NCBI GenBank assembly: GCA_004356985.1
Contig: SMXQ01000148.1
Location: 5,973-69,972 of the forward strand
DNA: 64,000 nucleotides
Source: Alphaproteobacteria bacterium
GTDB taxonomy: Bacteria > Pseudomonadota > Alphaproteobacteria > SMXQ01
Direction of reading: 5' to 3'
In this document: positions 10,551-19,301 of the stretch, piece after piece
Layout: every line of letters starts with the position of its first letter
Numbering within the stretch: the stretch's first letter is position 1
Notes under the pieces: generated by a model
Told to the model about the DNA's origin: nothing
Seen by the model: only the letters and a program-made list of their open reading frames with translations
Databases searched by the model: none
Position numbers and translations under genes: made by a program

Positions 10551-10583
10551 GGACAAATAAAAAGGCGCCCCCGAAGGGGCGCC
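10551..10583 (-). terminator. Rho-independent terminator (minus strand) downstream of hydrolase operon
   Basis: GGCGCCCC-CGAA-GGGGCGCC 8-bp GC stem, 4-nt loop, followed on minus strand by TTTTTATTTG. Confidence 0.55.
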
Positions 10584-10658
10584 GAGTTCGAAACCTTCTG
10601 GTGGCGCCGGGGCGTTCTCGGACCCCATGCGCATCTATTCGCTGCTCTCAGCGATCGA

Positions 10659-10745
10659 TCATGCTACGGGTGTGATCGAAGTCTTTGCGTTCAATCCACC
10701 CACGACCGCCGCGGCGGCAAATACTTTCACCAAGGGTTTAGACAT
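10659..10745 (-). CDS. possible 28-aa hydrophobic micro-ORF (MSKPLVKVFAAAAVVGGLNAKTSITPVA)
   Basis: Perfect SD AAAGGAGGTGATCGA-ATG; lies between hydrolase stop and terminator; no homology call possible. Confidence 0.2.
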   Translation of the reverse strand: MSKPLVKVFAAAAVVGGLNAKTSITPVA

Positions 10746-10839
10746 TCGATCACCTCCTTTCCGTTGTTGAAATGGCGGCGCAGCTTCGTCCCGGCCGGGG
10801 CCGTCTGTCAAGCCCCGATTGGGTCTCGGGCCGCAATGG

Positions 10840-12039
10840 TCAATCCTCGAAATAACCGTTTTCCAGCGCCCACAGCCAAAGGTAGACGAATTTCTCGCCG
10901 TATTGCTCCATGAAGCCGAAATGGCCGTAGCGCGGGATCAAAACCACGTGGCAGCGTTTCACCCCGGCGGCGCGGTATTTCTCGGCCATGAACATCTCGC
11001 GCTTATGGGCCAAGGCCTCGCCGGCGACCCAGTGGCCCTTGTCGTTGTCGCCCACCAGCAGCAGGACGGCGATGGATTTAAGCCAGTCCGGGTCGGGGTC
11101 GCCCAGGTGGTCGAAGAACTCTTCCCGGGGCAAGCCGGTGGCCCGGGGCCAGGCTTCAAGGGCATCGACCATGCCCCGGTGCTGGTTATCGCACAGCCCG
11201 GTCTTGATCTGCGAACGATGGGCCGATTGTGCCCATTGGAACAGTTCCTCGGGCCCGCCCCAGAGGCAGAGGTCGGCGGGGTCAACGTAGCCCGACGCCC
11301 GGTAGGTATCGGGCGACCGGCGCGAGACGTGGCCCACCGGATACTCGGTGGACCCTTCGGCTCCGGTGGCCTCGCGCCACTGCTTGCGCCAGCCGTCGGG
11401 CCCGCCGGAGCCCCACCCGGCGAGGCCGATCACCCGGTTGTCGGTGAAGCGGTGCAGATGGGCCGCCATGGGGCCGCCGGTGGAATGGCCCCAGGCGATG
11501 ATGTCGCGGCCGCCAAGGTTGTCCGCCACCAGCGCGCCGGCGCCTTGAAGAATGACGTTGAAGGTGCATTTCTCATTACGGTCCAACACCTCGTCTTCGG
11601 GCAGGGTGCGGTCCAAAAGATAGATCGGCTGGCGGGTCTCGATGGGCACGGCCCAGTGGTTGCCCGGCGGGTAATGTCCGGGATAGCTGATGGTGAGCAC
11701 GCAATGGCCCTGGGCCGCCAGCACCCGGGCCGGGCCGGGGCGGCGGTCGGGCGTCTGGTCGAACACCATTTCCGAATCCGCGCCGCCGTGAAAGAAGACG
11801 AAGGCGAGAGAGCGATCGGCGGCGTGCTCCGGCGTGTAAAGGCGGCCGTGAATATCCCAGTCGTAGCCGTTGCGCGAAAAGCGCGCCGTCACCTCGCGAA
11901 TTTCGAAGGGGACCTGGTCATGGGGCGGGCCGATGTCTAGCCACTGCTCCCAGGTCAGGCGAAGGGGAAGTTCATCGCCCCCGAGGCCGTCGAGATAGGC
12001 CCTGACGGCGGTGTTGGCCCCGATCATGGGCTTGGGCAC
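10840..12039 (-). CDS. alpha/beta-hydrolase fold protein (serine hydrolase, GHSTGG nucleophile elbow)
   Basis: 399 aa; GxSxG motif AWGHSTGGPMA; no signal peptide. Confidence 0.65.
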   Translation of the reverse strand: MPKPMIGANTAVRAYLDGLGGDELPLRLTWEQWLDIGPPHDQVPFEIREVTARFSRNGYDWDIHGRLYTPEHAADRSLAFVFFHGGADSEMVFDQTPDRRPGPARVLAAQGHCVLTISYPGHYPPGNHWAVPIETRQPIYLLDRTLPEDEVLDRNEKCTFNVILQGAGALVADNLGGRDIIAWGHSTGGPMAAHLHRFTDNRVIGLAGWGSGGPDGWRKQWREATGAEGSTEYPVGHVSRRSPDTYRASGYVDPADLCLWGGPEELFQWAQSAHRSQIKTGLCDNQHRGMVDALEAWPRATGLPREEFFDHLGDPDPDWLKSIAVLLLVGDNDKGHWVAGEALAHKREMFMAEKYRAAGVKRCHVVLIPRYGHFGFMEQYGEKFVYLWLWALENGYFED

Positions 12040-12047
12040 ACCCCGGA

Positions 12048-12251
12048 TCAGACGACGCCGCCGCAGGCGATGCAGCGCATGTTCTTCTTATCGAAGATCA
12101 GGTCGAGATCGCCATCCTGAAGGGCGTAGTCGGCGAGAACCCTGAGCGCCTTGGCTTCGTCCTTGATGCCGTATTTTTGGGCCATGTCCTTGAGGAAATT
12201 GATGTGATAGTCCCTTAACTCCCAATCGATCTTGACCTTGATACCCGCCAT
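12048..12251 (-). CDS. small hypothetical protein (67 aa) co-transcribed upstream of hydrolase
   Basis: ORF with 8-nt gap to hydrolase start; C-terminal CIACGG; no family recognised. Confidence 0.4.
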   Translation of the reverse strand: MAGIKVKIDWELRDYHINFLKDMAQKYGIKDEAKALRVLADYALQDGDLDLIFDKKNMRCIACGGVV

Positions 12252-12537
12252 GAATTTCTCCTGTTGGCATGTGACGGGAGGTTAAGCACCACCATGTCAC
12301 TGGTTCGAGTTCGGCCCAAAAAGCCACTAAAAATAAGGGGTTGAGCAAATCGGCCCAAGCCCTTTTTTATCACAGTTGCGCTTGAGGCGCGAATGCCGTC
12401 ACGCGGCCGCCCTATCCCACCAACGCGATGTTAAAGACCTGAATCGGCATCAGCAATGTCGCGGCGTGAATTGGTCGCCCCGGCGTCTTCGCGGGGACAC
12501 CCGAGATCCCCGAATCCTTGTCATCGGCTGCGGTGAT

Positions 12538-13038
12538 TCATCCTCCGTAGAACACGTTATCGCCGAGTTCGCGCATGTGGAGGATGGCGTCGTCGGCACG
12601 GCCTTCGGGCTGTTTGGCCACATGGGCATCGACCACCTCGCCGATGACGATGTGGTGGTCGCCGCGCTCGATGATCTCCAAGACCTTGCATTCGACGCTG
12701 GCCAGCGCGTTTTCCAGGATCGGCGCCCCGCTGCTTCCTGCCCGGTAGGGCTCGCCGGAGATGGTATCGCCATCATGTCGGACCGGCTTGAAGAAGGTGA
12801 AGGCCTGGCCTTGTTGGCCCTTGCCCAGCATGTTCAAGGCGTAGTGGCCGGCATCCTTGAGGGCGTGATAGGCGCCGGAATCGGCCTTGACCCCGACCAC
12901 CACCAGGGGCGGGTCGAACGAGGTTTGGGTCACCCAGTTGACCGTCGCCGCCGCCACGCCCTTGGACCCTTCGGCGGTCAACACGTAAATCCCATAAGGA
13001 ATCATTCTCAGCGCCGTCTTCTTGGCGTCGGCATCCAT
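12538..13038 (-). CDS. flavin reductase-like (NADH:FMN oxidoreductase, HpaC/RutF family)
   Basis: 166 aa; IPYGIYVLTAEG…AATVNWVTQTSFDPPLVVVGV…HHIVIGEVVDAHV typical flavin_reduct domain. Confidence 0.75.
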   Translation of the reverse strand: MDADAKKTALRMIPYGIYVLTAEGSKGVAAATVNWVTQTSFDPPLVVVGVKADSGAYHALKDAGHYALNMLGKGQQGQAFTFFKPVRHDGDTISGEPYRAGSSGAPILENALASVECKVLEIIERGDHHIVIGEVVDAHVAKQPEGRADDAILHMRELGDNVFYGG

Positions 13039-13300
13039 GGTTCTCTTCTTGCGTTCGGTATTGGTTGTGGGCGCGCCTGCTAGCGGATGGCAAGATTAAA
13101 CACCCATCTCGATAGTTCAGCCAGGAGAATGCCTTGACCTGATGCCTCGTTGTGCCGAAGCGGACGCCGGCCAATGCTCTCTTCCAAGCCAGAACGGCCA
13201 TTGGAATGGGTTCGATGGGACCAAATTCAAATCGTGGTCGGGGAGGATTAGATGAGGCGGAGGCGGATAATCACTGCTTGCGTATCCGGGTGCTGGCACC

Positions 13301-14953
13301 TTAAGCGGCGGAATCGCCAGCCGCCGCCTGGGCAGCGGGCCGCGGCTTCAATACGCGGCTGGGCGGCAGGGACACCGTGACCGTCGTGCCGATGTGCAGA
13401 TGACTCTTGATGGTCAGGTGCCCGCCATGGGCCTCGACCAGAGATCTCGCCAGCGGCAGGCCCAGCCCGGTGCCCTCGTACTTTCGGTTGAGGCCGCCGG
13501 CCACCTGACCGAAAGGCGCCAGGGCGATATCGATATCCTGGGACCGCATGCCAATTCCATTATCCGAGACCGATAGGGTGAAGCCGCCATCGGCCTTCGG
13601 CGCGGCCTCGACCTCCAACCCGCCGCCCGGCGGGGTGAATTTCACGGCGTTGGAAAGAAGATTGATCAGCACCTGCTTGAGTTTCCGCTCATCCACGTAC
13701 AAACGGTACGGTTCGGAAAGGGGCATGGTGCGCACCTCAACATCGGACTGTTCGGCCTTGTATTCGATCAGTTTGATGCATGACCTGATCAGTTCCGCGA
13801 CATCGACCTCTTCTTCCTGCAACTCCGCCTTGCCCGACTCCACCTTCGAGATATCGAGGATGTCATTGATGATCTTCAAAAGATGGTTGGCGGAACTGTT
13901 GATGTCGCGGACATATTCCCGCTGCTTTTCCGTCAAATCGCCGAACGAGGGGCTGTCCAGCAACTCGGAAAATCCCATGATGGCATTCAATGGCGTACGC
14001 AGTTCATGACTCATATTCGCCATGAACTCGCCCATGGAGCGGTTCGCCATGACCTGATCCTCGTAGTCGGGGCCGCGTGTGGACTCCAACCCACGACGAA
14101 TGGTGGCATCCCAAAAGTTACAGACATACAAGATTCTATCGCGCTTGCGCTTTTCCAAGGGACTGTCGGACCTTTTGAGCCGCACCGAGCCAACGGTCAG
14201 TTCGATGGCCCTGATGGTACCGTCGGTGCGTTGGATCGCCGTCGGATGTGGCCCGATCTGCGACTCCTCCCGCCTGGCCATGCGGAGGTAATGGGAAATC
14301 TTATGCGCGGCGCTGTCGGGTTCGAAGGTGGGGCAGAGTTCGTCCACCACGCATCCTACGATGGATTCAATTTCGCGGCCCAACAGGCCGCCCGCGGCGC
14401 TGTTGGCATAGACGATTTCATTGTCTTCGTTGACCACGAAGATTGAATCATAGGTGTTTTCGAAAACCGCCTTAAGCAAGGTATCCTTGTGAAGCAGGGC
14501 CATTTCACTGATGAACATGGCGCGGTCTTTGTTAAGGCCCTCCCTAATGGCCGCATAGGTCAGCACCAGGGCAGGCAAAATAATAGCGGGAGCGGTTTCA
14601 AGCACAATTCCGTGTTTCGCCTGTAGATAGGGGTTGGCCCAGATCGTGCCGACACACAGTAAGACCAGGCCAGCGGGCCCGGTCCATCGCGATCCCTTGC
14701 CGAAGCGCGCGCCGAAAACGGTCGCTATGGCGCCGATGGCGGCGACTGCCAGGAGTTGATAGTTCCAGTCGAGGGATTCGCGGACCAGTTGGAGACCCGC
14801 GACGCTCGGTAGGCGCTCGAGCATTTGTTCGCGCAACAGGAAATAAAGGAACGTGGCGACCAACACGACCAGGACACAGGACGTGTAGTCTCTACGCGCC
14901 GTGTTTGGGTTACGTTTGGTGATGTAGGCAGACAACTGGATACTCCACGCCAA
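13301..14953 (-). CDS. membrane-anchored PAS sensor histidine kinase (PleC/DivJ-like HisKA box), no receiver
   Basis: N-terminal TM helices, PAS (FENTYDSIFVVNEDNEIVYAN), H-box FMANMSHELRTPLNAIMGFSELL, HATPase_c N/G boxes (NLLSNAVKFT, DNGIGM, GTGLGL). Confidence 0.8.
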   Translation of the reverse strand: MAWSIQLSAYITKRNPNTARRDYTSCVLVVLVATFLYFLLREQMLERLPSVAGLQLVRESLDWNYQLLAVAAIGAIATVFGARFGKGSRWTGPAGLVLLCVGTIWANPYLQAKHGIVLETAPAIILPALVLTYAAIREGLNKDRAMFISEMALLHKDTLLKAVFENTYDSIFVVNEDNEIVYANSAAGGLLGREIESIVGCVVDELCPTFEPDSAAHKISHYLRMARREESQIGPHPTAIQRTDGTIRAIELTVGSVRLKRSDSPLEKRKRDRILYVCNFWDATIRRGLESTRGPDYEDQVMANRSMGEFMANMSHELRTPLNAIMGFSELLDSPSFGDLTEKQREYVRDINSSANHLLKIINDILDISKVESGKAELQEEEVDVAELIRSCIKLIEYKAEQSDVEVRTMPLSEPYRLYVDERKLKQVLINLLSNAVKFTPPGGGLEVEAAPKADGGFTLSVSDNGIGMRSQDIDIALAPFGQVAGGLNRKYEGTGLGLPLARSLVEAHGGHLTIKSHLHIGTTVTVSLPPSRVLKPRPAAQAAAGDSAA

Positions 14954-14955
14954 AT

Positions 14956-15255
14956 TCAGCAGCGTTCGCGCAGGGCTGCCCGGTAATCTTGAATTTTTGT
15001 GGTCCGGAGACCGCGGACGCCGTGACTATCGATCAAGCGCTGCCAGGACAGGAATTCCTCGATGGACAGGGCGTAACGCTCACACGCTTCCTCAATGGTG
15101 ATCAGGCCCGCGCGAACGCCAGCAACCACTTCCGCTTTCCGGCGGATGACCCAGCGTTTGGTGTCCGACGGTGGCAGGTCGTTGACGCTCATGGGGTTCC
15201 CATGAGGCGCGAAGATGCGGCTCGAAAAACTGTCACGCGGCTGCGATATGTACAT
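14956..15255 (-). CDS. DUF1153-family small HTH protein (SciP-like); true start may be internal Met at ~15192
   Basis: RWVIRRKAEVVAGVRAGLITIEEACERYALSIEEFLSWQRLIDSHGVRGLRTTKIQDYR matches DUF1153 pattern; stop 2 nt before kinase start. Confidence 0.5.
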   Translation of the reverse strand: MYISQPRDSFSSRIFAPHGNPMSVNDLPPSDTKRWVIRRKAEVVAGVRAGLITIEEACERYALSIEEFLSWQRLIDSHGVRGLRTTKIQDYRAALRERC

Positions 15256-15714
15256 TTTACTCCCCCTCAGGACTGGTCCTGTCCGGTGTCCAAGATGCGG
15301 GGGCCGCGGTACGATGGCGTGGGTTTGTGCGGGCAGTCCCCCCTAATGCGGAAACAACATGGCTCCTGGTGGTTTACGAAGTTTAAACGCGGCAATAAAC
15401 CGCATGCAATTTAAGGCGAATTTTAACTATATTTTGCTGCCCGGTTGGGGCATGGGAATGCCCAATCGGCGGAATTCAAAAGGATTTGTGTGATCTCAGT
15501 CGCCCCGCCCGCTCGACCTGGTCGACCGAATCGTCGTGTGTATTTTCCGCCTCGAGCAGACGGGCCTGCCGCCACGCCAAGCGGCGCGGCACACACCTGC
15601 CATGGCTTGCCGGCATCATCGCCCGCAAACCGGCCAAGGCCGCGGCGGTGGCGCTGGGTTCCCTGAAATTTTATTTGGTCTTTAAAGGTAGCTTCAGTCA
15701 GCTGGACGGGACGG

Positions 15715-16413
15715 CTATTTGGCGCCGGCGCGGCTGGCTTCCATCCGTGACCATAGATAGGTCCCGCGGCGCTCCAGGGCGCGTTCGAACTCGTCGGCGA
15801 AATTTGGGGCGGCCGCGCTGATCACGGCGTCGTTGGCCATCAGGGCGTCGGACCACGCCTGGACCAGGGGGAAGTCTTTCAAAAGCCCGGTCCCCAGCGC
15901 CGCCTCGGCCATGGCCAAGCGCCGCAGGAACGGCCCATAGGCCGCGTCCACCAGGCACAGCGTATCGCCGTTGAAGTAAGGGCCGTCATTGCCGCGTTCG
16001 CTCGCCAATGCTTCTTCCAGCCGCGACAGCACCTTTGGCGCCTTGGCCAGCCCGTCTTCCATGGCGTCCTTGGTCTTGGCGTAAATGATCTTGCTCAGCG
16101 CGCTCGAGAAATCGGCGACAAAATCCGTCCACGCCCGGTTGCGTGCCCGCTTTATGGCATCGGCGGGATGCAACCTGGGTTCGACCGTCTCGTCGAGGAA
16201 CTCGGCGATGGCGTTGGATTCGAAGAGGATGTCGTCATCGACCTTGAGCACCGGCACCTTGCCATGGGGAGAAATCTCCAGGAACCAATCGGGCTTGTCG
16301 CGGAGATCGATGTAGGTGACCTCGAAATCGACGTTTTTTGCGCGCATTAGGATCACGGCGCGCTGCACCCAGGGTCACGTGAAGGAGCTGATCAGGTGAT
16401 ATTTTTTCGCCAT
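15715..16413 (-). CDS. glutathione S-transferase (omega/thioredoxin-like N-domain) with in-frame TGA at predicted active-site position (codon 13); annotated ORF track starts at GTG after the TGA
   Basis: ATG at 16413 with GAGGA RBS gives MAKKYHLISSFT-TGA-PWVQRAVILMRAKNVDFEVTYIDLRDKPDWFLEISPHGKVPVL, colinear with GST N-terminal β1-α1 region; TGA at 16375-16377. Confidence 0.45.
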
Positions 16414-16640
16414 GTGGCGGTCCTCGAATCGACGATTGCTATTGTCACCCATCAACATATGCCGGTCACCGGAGCCCGTCAAAGCGCATCCTCCACGCTT
16501 ATCGCCCCCATGACTGCTGGCGGCTAAAAAACAGACTTTCTTGACCTAGGGCATGAAGGCGCGTCGGGCCTGTTCTCGCGATGACCCGAAGGCGACGATC
16601 CGCCTCCATAGACTCGCGCCCTTCCAATCCTTAGGATTTC

Positions 16641-16682
16641 CCCGAAACGTTTGGCCCGAAACGTTTGGCCCGAAAAGTTTGG
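16641..16682. repeat. 3x tandem 14-nt repeat CCCGAAACGTTTGG (third copy CCCGAAAAGTTTGG), each containing palindrome AAACGTTT, abutting RBS of downstream hydrolase
   Basis: Direct reading of sequence 16641-16682. Confidence 0.8.
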
Positions 16683-16693
16683 GAGGAAACATC

Positions 16694-17383
16694 GTGACCA
16701 ATTTCGTGCTCATCCATGGCTCGTACCAGGGCGGCTGGATCTGGAAACCGGTGGCAACGCGCCTACGCGATGGCGGACATTTGGTCTATGCGCCGACCCT
16801 CGACGGGTGCGGGGAACGGGCCGCCCAGTGCAGGCCAGGCATCACCACCGAAACCCAGGCTTCGGAGCTGGCGGGGTTCCTGCGGTCGGAAGATTTGCGC
16901 GACGTGGTGCTGGTTGGTGGGTCGTCGGGCGGCATGGTCATGGCGAAGACGGCGGAGCTGGCGCGCGAGCGGATCACCCGGCTGGTCTTTGCCGACGCCC
17001 TGGCGCTGATGCATGGCGAGAGCATCCGCGACATCGTATCGGGAACCGCGTCGGTGGAAACCGAGCACGCCAGTGGGCCGAGCCGCGAAGACCGGTTGAA
17101 GAGGTTTCTCCTCGACATGGATAAAGATCTCGCCGAATGGGCGGCCGACCGGTCCACCCTGCACCCCATCGGGGTCTCCACCCAGCCGGTGGTGCTGGAA
17201 AAATTCTGGAACCAGGACTGGAATGCTTTGGTGGTGTTCTGCCGCCAGGCCGGGAAGCCGGGCGAGGCCCACCAGCGACGCACGGCGGAGGCCCTTAATG
17301 CCCGCTGGCACGAGCTCGATACCGGCCACTATCCGATGCTGAGCATGCCCGACGCGCTGACACGACTTATCCTGGAGGGATAG
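16694..17383 (+). CDS. alpha/beta hydrolase (methylesterase/SABP2-MhpC-like)
   Basis: GTG start after GGGAGGAAAC RBS gives MTNFVLIHGSYQGGW…; nucleophile elbow GGSSGG; ORF-track upstream extension to 16553 reads through the repeats and is unlikely. Confidence 0.65.
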   Translation: MTNFVLIHGSYQGGWIWKPVATRLRDGGHLVYAPTLDGCGERAAQCRPGITTETQASELAGFLRSEDLRDVVLVGGSSGGMVMAKTAELARERITRLVFADALALMHGESIRDIVSGTASVETEHASGPSREDRLKRFLLDMDKDLAEWAADRSTLHPIGVSTQPVVLEKFWNQDWNALVVFCRQAGKPGEAHQRRTAEALNARWHELDTGHYPMLSMPDALTRLILEG

Positions 17384-17706
17384 CCGAAATTCACGCCACC
17401 CCGCTGCCAACCGAAAACAGGCCTGTCCTTAATGCCAGGATGTGGGCCGGGAGCGGTAAACCTGATGTCCGGTTTTGGCCCAAAGCGGCAGACATTTTGG
17501 GATGGAAGCCGCAACATCCCAACTCTACGTCATCAAGACTATCAAGCCGGGAAACCTTATGAGAAAGGCAAATGGCAGCGCTTTCCAATAGATTCAGGTG
17601 CATTTAGCTGCGCGGTGAACTAAATAATCGAAGGCCGAGGGTCCGGGCCGAACCTTTTGACGGGAAGCATCGGGTTCAAGGACTCGACCAGCGAACCGCC
17701 GTTTGT

Positions 17707-17841
17707 TTATTTGCGAAGGTTCTCACCAAGCAGACGAATTAAATCGATCGCCAAGTTTAACTGGTACATGTTGTACATATTCGAAATTACCAGAATCCCG
17801 ATAACGATAAAGAGCGCTAGTGTCACGGCTTTTTGATCCAT
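17707..17841 (-). CDS. possible 44-aa single-TM small protein (MDQKAVTLALFIVIGILVISNMYNMYQLNLAIDLIRLLGENLRK)
   Basis: ATG preceded by AAGGGGGG SD; AT-rich codon usage unlike host; not in ORF track (<60 aa). Confidence 0.3.
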   Translation of the reverse strand: MDQKAVTLALFIVIGILVISNMYNMYQLNLAIDLIRLLGENLRK

Positions 17842-18467
17842 TGCATCCCCCCTTACCAAAAATTGATCCACCGAAACAGACCACGTTCGGTTCTCGCCTG
17901 ATGGCCCTCATTGGCATCCCCGAGAGGCCACCCGCAACTGCCGACAACGGTAGCACAAAGGGCGTCGCAACCGCAAATTCCGTCCCGACCGCCGCGGGAT
18001 GGCAGGATTTCCGGTCCGCAGACCGACTCGAGTTGGCAGCCTGACCCGGTTTTAGCGGTTATTTGTAATGTCCTGTGTGGATGGCTCCCGGATTGCAAGG
18101 GTTGATTTGACGTTGATGCAAGTTGGCCGGGTACAGCACTGTGTCCGGGCCGGTTACCCTGGCGCAATCACAGCGCTGGAAAGACAACCATGACAAATCC
18201 GAAATCGACTTCTTCTTTGGAAACCAAACAACCAAACCCGTTGGGCTGGGATGCCAGGGCGCGCGCCTACCATAATTTCCAGGGCAAGGTATCGGCGCAG
18301 GCTGGGGGGCCGGAAGAAACGAAGTAAGATAAAGAATGCGGCGTTAACCCGATCTCCCCTTTCGCCCCAAAGATGCTATGAGGGTGAAGGAAGCGGCCCC
18401 TAGTCAGGCGGCGCCGATGGGGTTCTGATTTCACCCTTGTCTTGAAATGCGCCAGGGCGGTCATGGG

Positions 18468-18824
18468 ATGTCTGATTTGAAGCGCGAAGAATCGGCCTCG
18501 TCGCCATCCCGCGACAACGTGTTGTCACCGGAGGAATTGTGGGACCTGCGGCGGCATCACAATTTTATCATCGGATTATTTGTCGCCTTCTGGGTTTGTG
18601 CGATTCTCGTCATTGGGGCCATCCAATTTTTGGATCTCTCGGAAGCCATGGCACGCAATTCGATCGGCGTGCTGTTCGCTGGCGCTATCGTTATGTTGGC
18701 GTTGCAGTATTCCAAGCGATGCCCGAGATGCAGAGCCAATCTCGGCCGCCAGGCGAGGATGGGTATTCCCGAGAACTGCAAGAAGTGTGGCGTGCGGTTG
18801 AGCGACAAAAAAAAGCCGGCATAG
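18468..18824 (+). CDS. hypothetical 2-TM membrane protein with C-terminal zinc-ribbon (CPRC…CKKC)
   Basis: 118 aa from MSDLKREE; low GC (~53%) relative to surroundings. Confidence 0.4.
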   Translation: MSDLKREESASSPSRDNVLSPEELWDLRRHHNFIIGLFVAFWVCAILVIGAIQFLDLSEAMARNSIGVLFAGAIVMLALQYSKRCPRCRANLGRQARMGIPENCKKCGVRLSDKKKPA

Positions 18825-19301
18825 CCCGCGCCGACGCTCCCAGGAATATCTCGAGCATATCGACTTCGAGACCCGCGAAAATTTGCGCGCCCAAGGGCCC
18901 ATGGCCCGCCCCCGCGCGCGGGCCCAAGGAAACGTGACGGGCCCCGCCCATGCGCCATCGCCGACACGAAAACCCTTGCAACCGGGGACCATCCATACGG
19001 GACGATTCCTCAACACCGGGATGATGGCCCCATGGGCTTGTTAACCTGATATCTCCTTCCGGCCCAACGCAGCACCTTTGGGACTTGGCCTTGCGAACAA
19101 TCTTTTGGGCACCTCTACGGGTTTTCCTAACTATTTGTTTCTTTTATATTATTTGCGGTTCATGTGCTATGGTAAGGTGTCGAAATGAAATGGCTAGGCT
19201 CCTGTGAAGGATAATTTTAGTTTGAGAAACCCAAGGCTATTTTGTTAAATGGGGATTCCATGATTCAGCTTCTATTTTCACGGATCGGTATGTAGACAAA
19301 G

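Noticed and set aside
10320-10634. 104-aa minus-strand ORF in the DUF2339 upstream region
   Set aside because: It starts downstream (in transcription sense) of the Rho-independent terminator, has Pro/Ala/Gly-rich non-protein-like composition and no RBS. The region is more likely promoter/5' UTR of the DUF2339 gene.
15411-15427. TTAA…TTAAC CtrA-box-like motif upstream of the DUF1153 gene
   Set aside because: The spacing is N8, not the N7 required for a full CtrA site, and orientation and position relative to a promoter are unknown, so it is not called as a binding site. The neighbouring GGGCAT-GGGA-ATGCCC inverted repeat (15448-15463) has no follow-on T-run and is not called either.
16553-16693. 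Upstream ATG extension of the α/β hydrolase (ORF track start 16553)
   Set aside because: The extension reads through the tandem palindromic repeats in a shifting frame and adds an Arg-rich non-hydrolase N-terminus. GTG at 16694 has a strong GGGAGGAAAC RBS and gives the canonical M-x-FVLIHG start.
17723-17956. 77-aa minus-strand ORF in the AT-rich island
   Set aside because: Its composition (Gly/Ser/Arg-rich, no hydrophobic core pattern) and lack of RBS make it unlikely. The overlapping 44-aa TM peptide frame is more convincing.
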